A stretch of DNA of 64,000 bases. Origin: Leucoraja erinacea. Lineage: Eukaryota. Positions 47,152 to 58,940 of the stretch are shown in pieces. How positions within the stretch are numbered: position 1 is the first letter of the stretch; the number at the start of each line of letters is the position of its first letter. Location: assembly GCF_028641065.1 (NCBI RefSeq), contig NW_026576708.1, forward strand, positions 1 to 64,000, in the 5' to 3' direction. The translations under genes were made by a program, and so were the position numbers. The notes beneath the pieces were generated by a model. It was not told where the DNA came from and made no database searches. It saw only the letters and a program-made list of their open reading frames with translations.

Positions 47152-48240
47152 CGGTGGAGCAGCGGGTAGAGCTGCTGCCTCACAGCGCCGGAGACGCGGG
47201 TTCGATCCTGACCACGGGTGCTGCCTGTACGGAGTGTGCACGTTCTCCCCGTGACCTGCGTGGGATTTCTCTGGGTGCTCCGGTTTCCCGTCCCAAGCAA
47301 AGACGTGCGGGTTTGCAGGTTAATTGGTTTCTGTAAATTGCCCATTGTCCCTGGCTAGTATTCGTCGATGGTGTGTACTTGGTGGGCCGAAGGGCCCGTT
47401 TCCACATCTCAAAACTTAACTGAGCAATGTGGCATCGGCAGCAAGTGAGAGACATGGGTCAGAAGTAGGCAGAGTAGATGTTGGGCCGAAGGGCCTGTTC
47501 CTGTGCTGTACCGTTCTGTGAATAGATTCATAGAATAATAATCACAATGTGGAAACAGGCCCTTCGGCCCAACTTGCCCATGCCGACCAACATGCCCCCA
47601 TCTACACTTGTCCCACCTGCCTGCGTTTGGCCCTTATCCTTCCAAACCTGTCCTATCCATTTACCTGTCTGAATGTTTCTTTAACATTGGGATAGTCCCA
47701 GCCTCAACTACCCACACCACCCCTGGTGTAAAATAAAGTCACTCCTCAGATTCCTATTAAATCCTTCCAGGCAGGAAACATGTTCCCGATGTTGGGGGAA
47801 TCCAGAACCAGGGGCCGCAGTTTAAGAATAAGGGGTAAGCCATTCAGAACGGAGACGAGGAAACACTTTTTCTCACAGATAGTGGTGAGTCTGTGGAATT
47901 CTCTGCCCCAGAGGGCGGTGGAGGCCAGTTCTCTGGATACTTTCAAGAGAGAGCTAGATAGGGCTCTTAAAGAGACCTGGGTTTGATCCCGACTGCAGCT
48001 GCTGTCTGTACGGAGTGTGCACGCTCTCCCTGTGACCGCGTGGGTTTTCTCCGGGTTCTTCAGTTTCCTCCCACACTCCAAAGATGTGCAGGTCCGTAAG
48101 TTAATTGGCTTGGTAAAATTGTAAATTGTCCCTAAGTTAAGTGTGTGCAAGATAGTGTTAGTGTACGGGGATCGCTGGTCGGCACGGACTCGGTGGGCTG
48201 AAGGGCCTGTTTCCACGCTGTATCTCGAAACTAAACTCAA
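47152..48240. mobile_element. HE1-like SINEs (47152-47420, 47970-48240) and CR1 fragments
   Basis: A/B boxes and CR1 3' sequence. Confidence 0.8.
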
Positions 48241-48558
48241 CTAATGGCATGCGCAGGAAAGAACTGCAGATGCTAGTTTAAATCGAAGGTAGTCACAAAA
48301 TGCTGGAGTAACTCAGCGGGACAGGCAGGCAGCATCTCTGGAGAGAAGGAATGGGTGATGTTTCGGGTGGAGACCCTTCAACATACATACTGCTGGGGTG
48401 TAAACTGCCCGAGCGAAATATGAGGTGCTGTTCCACCAATTTAATCTAATGACATTGTGGGCTGAAGGGCCAGAGGTTTCTGAGCTGTACCAGTCTATAA
48501 CAAAGTGGGCTGAAGGGCCTGTTTCCGTGCTCGACGAGTCGAAGGCCGCATAACTTGC

Positions 48559-48665
48559 CAGCTATTGGGATTTGCAAAGATCCCAGACTCTTGCAGGGAG
48601 GGGAGAGGGTCGTCTGCATTGTTTGCAGGGGGATAGTGGAGAGGGTGGGGGAGAGCAGCCCGCTG
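48559..48665 (-). other. Candidate 5' exon of gene Y (CAGCAG acceptor, GC-type donor G|GCAAGT)
   Basis: Unique sequence among repeats with splice-like ends; contains an ATG at 48619. Confidence 0.35.
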
Positions 48666-48844
48666 CTGCAGGGCAATGAGAGGGGGGGGGGGGACATGGG
48701 GGTGTAACAGGAGGTGCAGGGGGGGGGGGGGGGATAGGGGGTGCAGGGTGGGGTAACAGGGGGGGATAGGGGGTGCAGGGTGAGGGGACGGGGGGGGGGG
48801 GGGGGGTGCAGGGTGAGGGGACGGACGGGGGGGGCACTACTTAC

Positions 48845-49230
48845 CGCCGCTCCCGGCCGCTGGGCGCGATGTTGCTGATTGTGATCCCTGGAGCGCGCGG
48901 CGGCCCCCGGGCTCTGTGACGTCGCCGCGGGCTGCCCCTGTTACGTCACAGGGAGGAGGGGGGAGCAGTCCCGGGGAACCCCCGCCAGAGCCGGCACTAC
49001 GCATGCCCCAGGCGTATGTGACATCACATGGGACAGTCCCGGGGAACCCCCGTCAAAGCCGGCATTGCGCATGCTCCAGCTGTCGGTGACGTAAACGGTT
49101 GGGGAACCCCATCCCACTCGCATTGCGCATGCCCCGGGCGGTGGTTAACATCACTTGCGCCGCGGCCGGGAGTCGGCGCATGCGTAGTGGGCGGACCGCC
49201 GCTCGGTCACCAGTTCGAATCCCAACCCCG
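48845..49230 (-). promoter_or_regulatory. CpG-island promoter and first non-coding exon of gene Y
   Basis: Strong donor G|GTAAGT at 48844; CRE-like TGACGT/TACGTCA; NRF1-like (G)CGCATGC several times; GGGGAACCCC unit repeated three times. Confidence 0.7.
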
Positions 49231-49340
49231 CCACTGAGGGGATGTTAATCCACGAGGGGGGGGGGACGTGATCATTCCCCCCCACGTCAGGGGTGAGGGA
49301 CAAAAGGATAGAAAAAGCCGGAGAGAAAGGATAACATGGC

Positions 49341-49346
49341 TTTATT
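49341..49346 (-). terminator. Poly(A) signal of gene X
   Basis: AATAAA on minus, ~220 nt after the stop at 49569. Confidence 0.65.
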
Positions 49347-49568
49347 TTTAAGTATGATCTGTACACGTGTTAGCCCCATCAATCCCTCCCCCCCCCCCCC
49401 CCCACCCCACAGCCGCAGAACTCTCCAACCCCCCCTTGGGCCCCTCAACCCCACCCTTGGGCCCCTCAACCCACTGCGGGTCCCTCCAGACGCCCCATCC
49501 CGGTCTCCTCCTCTCCCCGGGCCCCTCCCCCACCCGGGCCCTCCTCCTGGCCCTGATCTCGGGCCTGC

Positions 49569-51650
49569 TCAGTCGATGGGCTGCATGTTGAAGGGGTCAG
49601 GCGGTCGCCCGTGGCGGACTGAGGGTTCCCGCTCGCCGGGTGGACGGGTGGTGGAGGAGGTCGGGGTGGTTGACTGGGTACGGGGAGAGGGGGGCGGCAT
49701 GCTAACAAGGCCCGCATCGGAGCGCCTGAGGAAGGGCATTCCGGACTGGCCCAGGGGAAAGGGCTCTATCTCCACGGACGGAGGGGTGATCTCCGGCGAG
49801 CTGTTGGAGCCGGGCCCGCTGCTGATCGAACCCTCCTCCGGGAGCGGGGCCTCGTGTTGGCTCTGGCCATGGTTGCTGGGGGCCGGGTTCCTGTTGGGGT
49901 TGGGGCTGGTGACCACGGAGGCTTGGCTTTGAGTGGCGGGAGAGCTGGGAGCGGGGCTCCTGTAGGGGCTGGGGCCGGAGGGGGCCCTGTTGGGGTCCAG
50001 GCCGGGGCTTGCGTGCACAGAAGCTCGGCTTTGAGTGGCCGGGGAGTTGGGAGCGGTGCTCCTGTTGGGGTCCCGGCTGGAGGCCAGGGAGGCAGCACGG
50101 CTTTGAGTGGTCAAGCTGCCCCTGCTGGGGATGGAAGCCGAGCGGCCGATGGATTGGGGCCCGAGGCCCGGGACGGGGTTGTGGGGACGGGATGGAGGCG
50201 GAGCGGCTGCCCTGGGCCGGGACCAGGCCGGACGTCATGGTCGGGGGGGGGCTGGAGGCTGGATGAATGATGGGGGAGCCAGGTGGACGGGGGGAGTGGG
50301 CTGGGTGGGGGTCCAGGGTCTTGTCCCAGCTGCGGGTGGAGCCGAAGCTGGAGGGGGGGCCACTGCTGGAGGCGGGCCCCAAACTGGGGGTGAGGCTTGA
50401 GCGGGCATTGGGGTCAAGGTCGGGGTCAGCCATAGGCACGGGGTTTGCGCTGTGGGGGAGGGGGGGGGTCCTGTGGGGGGGGGGGTGGAAGTAGGGGTTG
50501 GGGCGGAGACGGAAGGGGCTGTCAACTGGCCCTCGGCCCCGGAATCCTGGGTCTTGGTCCAGTCGCACGCCTCTGCGTTGTAGGCGGACCCCCGGCCATA
50601 GTCAGGCTCCAGGGCTCGACTAGGCCCCATGCCCCTAGAAGGCCCCAGGCCGTAGTCAGGCTCCAGGTCTCGACTAGGCCCCAGGCCATAGTTAGGCCCC
50701 ATGCCCCGAGTGGGCCCCGGCCTGTAGTCGGGCCTCAGGCCGCAGTCAAGATCCTGGCCCTGGCTAGGCCCCAGGCTCCGACCGGGCCCCAGGCTGTAGT
50801 CAGGCTCCAGGCCCCGGCTAGGCCACATGCTGCCCGTAGGCCTCACGCTGTAGTCAGACCCCATCCTGTAGTCTGGCCCCACGTCCCGACAGGCCTCCAG
50901 GCCGTAGCTAGAACCCAGCCCGTAGCCGGGATCCCGATCATACCCACCCAAAGACCCGGTGCCTGCCCTGGCCCCTGTGCTGGGCCACGCCGATTGCCCG
51001 GGGCCCGACTCCAGGCCCTGGCTGCGGCCTGCCTTCCGGCCCTGGCGGCCGCAGGAAGGGCTGGTCGGGGGGTCGCTGGCCGGGCTGGGCGGGTAGTCGC
51101 GGAGGTTGGCGAGCTGGGGGCTGGGGGACTGGGGCTGGGCCGGGCAGTAGTCGTCGGGGCTGGAGAGGACCGACAGCTCAGCCTCCCAGATGGACTCTGC
51201 GGCCCGGTACATCTGACTGACGGCGGCGGCAGACGGGTGGCAGCTCGGGGCCCGGTCGGGGGTGGAGGGAGGCCGCTTCCCGGACGAGGAGGAGGAGCAG
51301 GAGGGGGGTGCAGGGGGGCTGTCCTGGAGCCAAGGACCCCCGGGGCCCGTCACCAGGCAGCGCAGCCTGAGGTTGCCGGCGGTTGGGGGGCTGTCGGAGC
51401 GCTGGTCCAGGAGGCAGTGGAGCTCCAGCTCGGCCGGGGCAGGCCCCGCTCCCGCCCCCGCCCCCGGCCCGCTCTTCCCCGAGGCCTGCGAGGCCCGGCT
51501 GCTGCAGGTGTCCGCTGCTGCCTCCTGCGGCCCGCTCTGCCCGTTCACCAGCTCCTCCGCCAAGCTCAGCAGCTCGTCCAACTCTGCCGCAGATGGGGCC
51601 GTCTCAGGGGCCGGCCCTGACTGCACCCGATCGACCGGTGTCCCTGCTTC
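49569..51650 (-). CDS. Gene X: unidentified Pro/Ser/Gly-rich protein, large terminal exon with two apparent frameshifts (~50480 and ~50185)
   Basis: cactag acceptor in frame with ORF 50235-51626. Three overlapping ORFs chain at G/C runs, and the RSASIPS repeat appears in two frames. No recognisable TE; poly(A) signal downstream. Confidence 0.7.
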
Positions 51651-51976
51651 CTAGTGGGGCAGGCAGAGGGGGATGGGTGAGTGGCCACACTACCTCACAC
51701 TCACACACTTCCTCTCTCACGCTCACTCACACTCACTCACTCACTCCCTCCCTTTCTCTCATTCTCGCCCTCTCTCACATTCCCTCGCTCTCCCCTCTCC
51801 TTCCACCATTCTCTCATTCACTCTCTTCTCTTTACTCTTTCCACCCCTTGCTCCCCCTCCTTCTCGCTCCCTCTCCATCTCTCTCACACTCACTATCCCT
51901 CTTTCACTCCTTCTCTGTGTGTTTCTCTCACTATCCCTCTTTCCCTCTCTCCTTCACTCTCGGTGTGTTTCTCTCC

Positions 51977-52007
<31 letters not shown>

Positions 52008-52504
52008 CCCCCTCACATTCACGCTCTCTCCATCCATCACTCTCCCCGCCCCTCTCTCGCTCCTTCCCCCTCCCTCGCCTCCCGCTCCCTTCCCAGTTCC
52101 CGATTCCCCTCTCCCTTCCACTCCCCACGTAATTCCCAACCCAATTCCTCTCCTCCATCTCATCGCGATTCCCACTCCCGACCCCTCGCTCCCCTCCGTC
52201 CCGAGGCTGAGTTTCAGAGGTGTAGGGGTCAGAGGGAGATGGGATTGGTGTGGGGAAGTGCCAAGGGACTTGGGAACGCTGGTGCGGGATTCCCAAGAGG
52301 TTAATTTGCATGTCGAATCAGTTATAAGGAAGGCGAATGCAAGGCTATAGGGCATGGAAACAAAAACAGGGATGTGATGCTGAGGGGGGCACATAATGCT
52401 GGAGTAACTCAGCGGGACAGGCAGCATCTCCGGAGAGAAGAAATGGGCGACGTTTCGGGTCGAGACTAATGTCAGGAGAGGGGGCGGAACAGAGATAGAA
52501 TGTA

Positions 52505-52986
52505 GTCTGATTCCTGGGATGTCAGGACTGTCTTATGAAGAAAGACTGGATAGACTTGGTTTATACTCTCTAGAATTTAGGAGATTGAGAGGGGATCTTA
52601 TAGAAACTTACAAAATTCTTAAGGGGTTGGACAGGCTAGATGCAGGAAGATTGTTCCCGATGTTGGGGAAGTCCAGGACAAGGGGTCACAGCTTAAGGAT
52701 AAGGGGGAAATCCTTTAAAAAACCGAGATGAGGAGAACTTTTTTCACACAGAGAGTGGTGAATCTCTGGAATTCTCTGCCACAGAGGTGTAGTAGTTGAG
52801 GCCAGTTCATTGGCTATATTTAAGAGGGAGTTAGATGTGGCCCTTGTGGCCAAGGGGATCAGAGGGTATGGAGAGAAGGCAGGTACGGGATACTGAGTTG
52901 GATGATCAGCCATGATCATATTGAATGGCGGTGCAGGCTCGAAGGGCCGAATGGCCTACTCCTGCACCTAATTTCTATGTTTCTAT
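52505..52986 (+). mobile_element. CR1 3' fragment
   Basis: ORF 52519-52731 and (TTCTATGT)n tail. Confidence 0.9.
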
Positions 52987-53547
52987 GTAGTCGGAGACAG
53001 TAAGACTGGTGGGAGAACTGGGAAGGGGGAGGGGATGGAGAGAGAGGGAAAGCAAGGGCTACCTGGTTAGAGAAGTCAATGTTCATACCGCTGGGGTGTA
53101 ATATGAGGTGCTGCTCCTCCAAATCTGCGCTGGGCCTCACTATGACAATGGCCTCACAGGACAGAAAGATCAGATTGGGAATGGGAGGGAGAGTTGAAGT
53201 GCTGAGCAGGTAGACAAAAATGCTGGAGAAACTCAGCGGGTGCAGCAGCATCTAGGAGCGAAGGATATAGGCAACGTTTCGGGCCAAAACCCTTCTTCAG
53301 TCTGAATCTATCTCTGCTGAGCAACTGGGAGATCAGGTAGCTCAAGACGGACTGAGCGGAGGTGTTCAGCGAAACGATCGCCGAGCCTGCGCTTGGTCTC
53401 ACCGATGGAGAGGAGTTGACACCTGGATCAGCGGATACAGTAGATGAGGTTGCAGGAGGTGCAAGTGAACCTCTGCCTCACCTGGAAAGACTGTTTGGGT
53501 CCTTGGAGGGAGTCGACGGGGGAGGTAAAGGGACAGGTGTTGCATCT
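52987..53547 (-). mobile_element. Penelope-like element relic (GIY-YIG endonuclease region)
   Basis: Minus strand reads QRFTCTSCNLIYCIR*SRCQLLSIGETKRRLGDRFAEHLRSV..HFNSPSHS..LEEQHLI..PSGMNIDF. Confidence 0.85.
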
Positions 53548-53574
53548 CCCAAATGGCCAAATTCATCTTCAGAC

Positions 53575-54500
53575 GTGGTAGGAGCAGACATTAGACCATT
53601 CGGCCCATCAAGTCCACTCCGCCATTCAATCATGGCTGACCTAACCCCATTATCCCACCTTCTCCCCATAACCCCTGACACCCGTACTAATCAAGAATCT
53701 ATCTCTGCCTAAAAAACTATCCACTGACTTGGCCTCAGTTCCACAGATTCACCACCCTCTGACTAAAGAGGTTCCTCCTCACCTCCTTTCTAAAAGAGCG
53801 CCCTTTAATTCTGAGGCTGTGCCCTCTGGCCCTAGACTCTCCCACCAGTGGAAACATCCTCTCCACATCCACTCTATCTATGCTTTTCACTATTCCGTAC
53901 GTCTCAATAAATGTCCTCCTGCTGCAGTTGTACAGTGAGACCACACCTGGAGTATTGTGTGCAGTTTTGGTCCCCTAATTTGAGGAAGGACATTCTTGCT
54001 ATTGAGGGAGCCCAGCGTAGGTTTACAAGGTTAATTCCCGGGATGGCGAGACTGTCATATGCTGAGAGAATGGAGCAGCTGGGCTTGTACACTCTGGAGT
54101 TTAGAAGGATGAGAGGATATCTTATTGAAACATATAAGATTGTTAAGGGTTTGGACACGCTAGAGGCAGGAAACATGTTCCTGATGTTGGGGGAGTCCTG
54201 AACCAGGGGCCACAGTTTAAGAATAAGGAGTAAGCCATTTAGAACGGAGACGAGGAAACACTTTTTCTCACAGAGAGTGGTGAGTCTGTGGAATTCTCTG
54301 CCTCAAGAGGCCGGTGGAGGCCGGTTCTCTGGATGCTTTCAAGAGAGAGCTGGATAGGGCTCTTAAAGATAGCGGAGTCAGGGGATATGGGGAGAAGGCA
54401 GGAACGGGGTACTGATTGGGGATGATCAGCCATGATCGCATTGAATGGCGGTGCTGGCACGAAGGGCCGAATGGCCTACTCCTGCACCTGTTGTCTAATG
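53575..54500. mobile_element. CR1 fragments (53575-53910 -, 53920-54500 +)
   Basis: CR1 peptides in the ORF track. Confidence 0.85.
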
Positions 54501-54628
54501 TCCTTCTTAAAAATATCCATTGACTGCACCTAGAACTTAAGAGGGGCTGAGATGGGGAGGTCAGTAGACGGGCTGACAGAAGAGGGTTAGAAGGGCCGAA
54601 CGGCCTGACCGCTGGTGCTGTCCCCTAC

Positions 54629-54703
54629 CTCTGAGTTGTAATCGATGGTCACAGGAGAAGGTGTCCGGACTCCAGAAGGTTCCATGCTGTTCTTCCGGGA
54701 CAT
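54629..54703 (-). CDS. Gene X probable first coding exon: MSRKNSMEPSGVRTPSPVTIDYNSE
   Basis: ctctag acceptor and GAG|gtaggg donor; phase 0 joins in frame to 51650. Confidence 0.6.
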
Positions 54704-55727
54704 TCTAGAGACAGGGGGATGGATGGGTGAAGAAAGCACAGGGTCAGAGAAATCTCCAGGCCTGATGGGGGTGGAGAACCAAGCCCGGATGTGGCGACCA
54801 TATCGACCAACACTTGTGCTCGGTCCGCCAAGGCCTACTGGGCCTCCCGGTTGCTAACGCAGACTATTACAGCCTGGAAACAAACAGGCCCTTCGGCCCA
54901 ACTTGCCCATTCCGACCATCTACACTGGTCCCACCTGCCTGCATTTGGCCCATATCCCTCTAAACCCGTCCTATCCGTGTACCAGTCTTAAATATTTCTC
55001 AAACATTGTGATAGTCCCAGCCTCAACTACCTCCTCCGGCAGTTCCACACACCCACCACCCCTATGTGATTTTGGTTGGCGCGACTCTCGTCAGCAGCGG
55101 CCTCTGCAGCCCGTCTGTGTTTTTATTATTTTTTGTCTATGTTTCTATGTAGTTTTTGTTATTTTTTGTTGGGGTGTGTGTGTGTGGGGGGGGGGGGGTG
55201 GGGTGGGAGGGGGGGGGGGGGGTAACTTTTAAATCTCTCCCTGCACGGGAGACCCAACCTTTTCTTTGTCGGATCCCCGTTGTCGTTGGGGCTGCAACGA
55301 GGAGCGGCCTCCAACAGGAAGACCGGGGGCTCTGGTGCCGACGACTCACCGTCACCGTCGCGGAGTTGGCCGAGTCCAGAGCGGGTGGAGCGGTGGTGGA
55401 GCGCTGCTGCTGCTGCCTGACCCTCCGGAGATTCGGAGGCTGCAACTGCGGGTCTGGCGGACGGCGGCACCGGGAGCCCGCGGGTCCCTGGAGGGAGACC
55501 GCTTTTCAGGGCTCTCGCAACGGCGACTTCTCCCGCCCGAGTTGCGGGGTCGAAGAGCTCCTGGAGCGGGGCCTGACATCACCGCCCCGCGCGGCTTGGA
55601 ATGGCCGCGGGACTCTGCGAGCGCACGCCGGGGGCTCTAACACCAAGACCCGGAGTGCGACCTCGCACCACCCGGCATGGCTTTAATCGCCATCGCCAGC
55701 CGGGGGCTTTGACTTTGACTCTGACAT

Positions 55728-55774
<47 letters not shown>

Positions 55775-56003
55775 GGGGGGCAGTGGAGAGATAAGTTTTT
55801 TTGGCCTTCCATCACAGCGATGTGATGGATGTTTATGTAAATTATGTTGTGTCTTGGGTCTATTTGTTTGTAATGTATGGCTGCAGAAACGGCATTTCGT
55901 TTGGACCTCAAGGGGTCCAAATGACAATTAAATTGAATCTTGAATCTTGAATCTATGTGTAAATGTTCAAGAAGGAACTGCAGATGCTGGAAAATCGAAG
56001 GTA

Positions 56004-56146
56004 GACAAAAGTGCTGGAGAAACTCAGCGGGTGCGGCAGCATCTATGGAGCGAAGGAAATAGGCAACGTTTCGGGCCAAAACATTGCCTATTTCCTTCGC
56101 TCCATAGATGCTGCTGCACCCGCTGAGTTTCTCCAGCACTTTTGTC
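56004..56146. repeat. Near-perfect ~143-bp palindromic element
   Basis: GACAAAAGTGCTGGAGAAAC...GTTTCTCCAGCACTTTTGTC with ~68-bp arms. Confidence 0.88.
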
Positions 56147-56164
56147 ACCCATTGTGTAAAACTC

Positions 56165-57140
56165 AGGTTCCTATTAAATGTTTCTCCCTCTCACCTTAAA
56201 CCTGTGTCCTCTGGTTCTCGATTCCCCTACTCTGGGCACGAGACTCTGTGCGTCTACCCGATCTATTTCGTCTACCCATGATTTGATCCACCTTTGTAAG
56301 ATCACCCCTCATCCTCCTGCGCTCCAAGGAATAGAGACCCAGCCTGCTCGACCTCTCCCTATAGCTCACACCCTCTAGTCCTGGCAACATCCTCGTAAAT
56401 CTTTTCTGAACCCTTTCAAGATTGACAATATCTTTCCTATAACATGGTGCCCAGAACTGAACACAATATTCTAGATGCGGTCTCACCAACGTCTTATACA
56501 TCTGCAACATGACATCCCAACGTCTATACTCAATACTCTGACTGATGAAGGCCAATGTGCCAAAAGCCTTTTTGACCACCTTATCTCCCTGTGACTCGAC
56601 TTCAAGGAACCATGCTCCTGTACTCCTAGATCCCTCTGCTCTACAACACTCCCCAGAGGCCGACCATTCACTGTGTAGGTCCTGCCCTTGTTAGACCCAA
56701 ATGCAACAGCTCACACTTCTCTGTATTAAATTCCAACAAGCATTCCTCCGCCCACCTGGCCAATCGATCCAGATCCTGCTGCAATCGTTCACAACCATCT
56801 TCACTGTGCAAAACCATGACCTCCCACGTACAAAACCATGTAGACTATCCCTAATCAGCCCTTGCCCATCCAAATGCCTGTATATCCTATCCCTCAGAAT
56901 ACTCTCTAGTAACTTTCCAACCACAGATGTTAAGCCCACTGGCCTATAGTTCCCAGCATTTTCCCTGCAGCCCTTCTTGAAAAGGGGTACAACATTTGCC
57001 ACCCTCCAGTCTTCCGGCACCTCTCCCGTGTTTAAGGATGGCTCGTCAATTTCAATCAGTGCTCCCGCAATTTCCTCTCTAGTTTCCCGCAATGTCCTCG
57101 GATATATCTGATCAGTCACCGGAGATTTGTCTCCCTTCAC
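56165..57140 (-). mobile_element. Internally deleted CR1 ORF2 (RT) fragment
   Basis: VPEDWRVANVVPLFKKG..GNYRPVGLTSVVGKLLE and RPHLEYCVQFWAP. Confidence 0.9.
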
Positions 57141-58357
57141 GTTTACTCATGAAATGCTGGAATATCTCAGCGGGACAGGCAGCATCTCGGGAGAGAAGGA
57201 ATGGGTGACGCTTCGGGCCGAGACCCTTCCTCAGCCTGAGAGTCAGGGGAGAGGGAGACACAGAGAGATAAGGAAGTGTAAGGTGTGAAAACACAGACCA
57301 AAGGGGATGGTGATCAAGTAAATATAGATTGGTTCATTGTTAGCTGAGGGGAAGGTGACAACGAGGGATATAAATAGTAAAATTTAAACAGGATAGTTCA
57401 GTTTAGTTTAGCTTATTGTCTCGTGTACCGAGGTACAGTGAAAAGCTTTTGTTGCATGCTAACCAGTCAGCGGAAAGATTACACATGATTACACAATCGA
57501 TCCCTTTGCAGTGTATAGATACATGATAAAAGGAATAACGTTTAGTGCAAGGTAAAGGCTGCAAAGTCCGATCAAGTATATTCCGAGGATCTCCAATGAG
57601 GTAGATGGGAGGTCAGGACCGCTCTCTAGTAGGATGATTCAGTTGCCTGATCACAGCCGGGAAGAAACTGTCCCTGAATCTAGAGGTGTGCGTTTTCACA
57701 CCTGTATCTCTTGCCCGATGAGAGAGGGAGTGACACGGGGGGGGTGAGACTGGTCCTCGATGCTGACCTTGCCGAGGCAGCGTGAGGTGTAGATGGAGTC
57801 AGTGGAAGGGAGGTTGGTTTGGTGTGATGGTCTGGGCTGCGTCCACAACTCTCTTGAGATTTCTCACGGTATTCCCAAAGCGTGCTGGTGAAAACTACTA
57901 CAATCAGGAGGACAATCGAACTAGTGAGAGAACTAGGATGTAGGGTGTGGGGTGGGGGGGGGGGGGGGGGGGGGGGGGAGAGAGAGGGGGTTACTTGAAG
58001 TTGGAGAAGTGAATGTCCACACCACAGGGGTGGGGTGGGGGTGTAAGCTGCCCAAGCCAAATATGAGATGCTGTTCCCACCAATACCATGTGGAGCCGCT
58101 GGAGAGGCGGCAAGGAGGTAATGCATGGGGGCTGCTGCACCAATGCACCCAAGGGTGCTGAGACCTCGTTGCATTTCCACCTCGTTGCACTTCGACCTCG
58201 TTTGTTGCAGCTTTGCCGCGCCCCCGTTGCATTCCTTTGCATTTCCCCCTCCCCCCATCCCTCCGGCTTCGAGAGACCGGTGCACGCATGTTGTTTTTTA
58301 AATGCACCCCCACGGGCCCTCCCCCCCGGTGCATGGGCCACACTTGCAGTTTTCACT

Positions 58358-58940
58358 CACGGAGCCGGAGGTTTAGTTTTGTTTGTCTCTATGTTTCGAG
58401 GGATATGGAGCAAAGGGCGGCGGGGACTCGGCGCCTCGACACAGGCCCAAAGCCGTCGCCATGGCGACCGCCGAACCCCATCGATTGTGACACGCGGCGG
58501 CGGAAGCCCGCGCATGCTCAGACCCGGCGCACGTCGGACTCCAATTCCCATCGGGCGTCGCGGTGTGCGCTCTACGTCATCACGCGGGACGCCGAGCCGC
58601 GACGTTGTCGGCCAGCGCATGCTCAGAACCGGCGGCCTTGGAGGGATGGGACTCCAACTCCCATCGGGCACCGCGGTTCCCCCCTCTACGTCATCACGCG
58701 GAACGCCGAGGCCCGTCCTGACGTGTTCGTGATGTGTTGTAGGCCCGCGCATGCTCAGACCCGGCGGCTTTGGAGGGGGGACTCCAACTCCCATCGCGCA
58801 CCGCGGCGGGCGCCTCACGCGTAACGCCGAGTCCCGTCGTGACGCGGCGTTGTAGGCCCGCGCATGCTCACAACCTGCGTACTTGGGTTAGAGGGGACTC
58901 CAATTCCCATGGCTCTCTGCGGCCGGGCCCGCTACGTCTG
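58358..58940 (-). promoter_or_regulatory. CpG-island promoter made of four tandem ~105-130-bp modules; probable first exon of gene X with donor at ~58357
   Basis: Units at ~58506, 58611, 58743 and 58856, each with GCGCATGCTCA (NRF1-like) and GGACTCCAAYTCCCAT (ZNF143/SBS-like); most also carry CTACGTC(A) (CRE-like). Confidence 0.72.

Noticed and set aside
57868-57920. Possible 53-nt 5' UTR exon of gene X
   Set aside because: It has plausible AG/GT ends in unique sequence but no independent support.
58373-58462. GCCATGG-initiated minus ORF (MATALGLCRG..KQN*) as the start of gene X
   Set aside because: It terminates before the donor, so it is at most a uORF.
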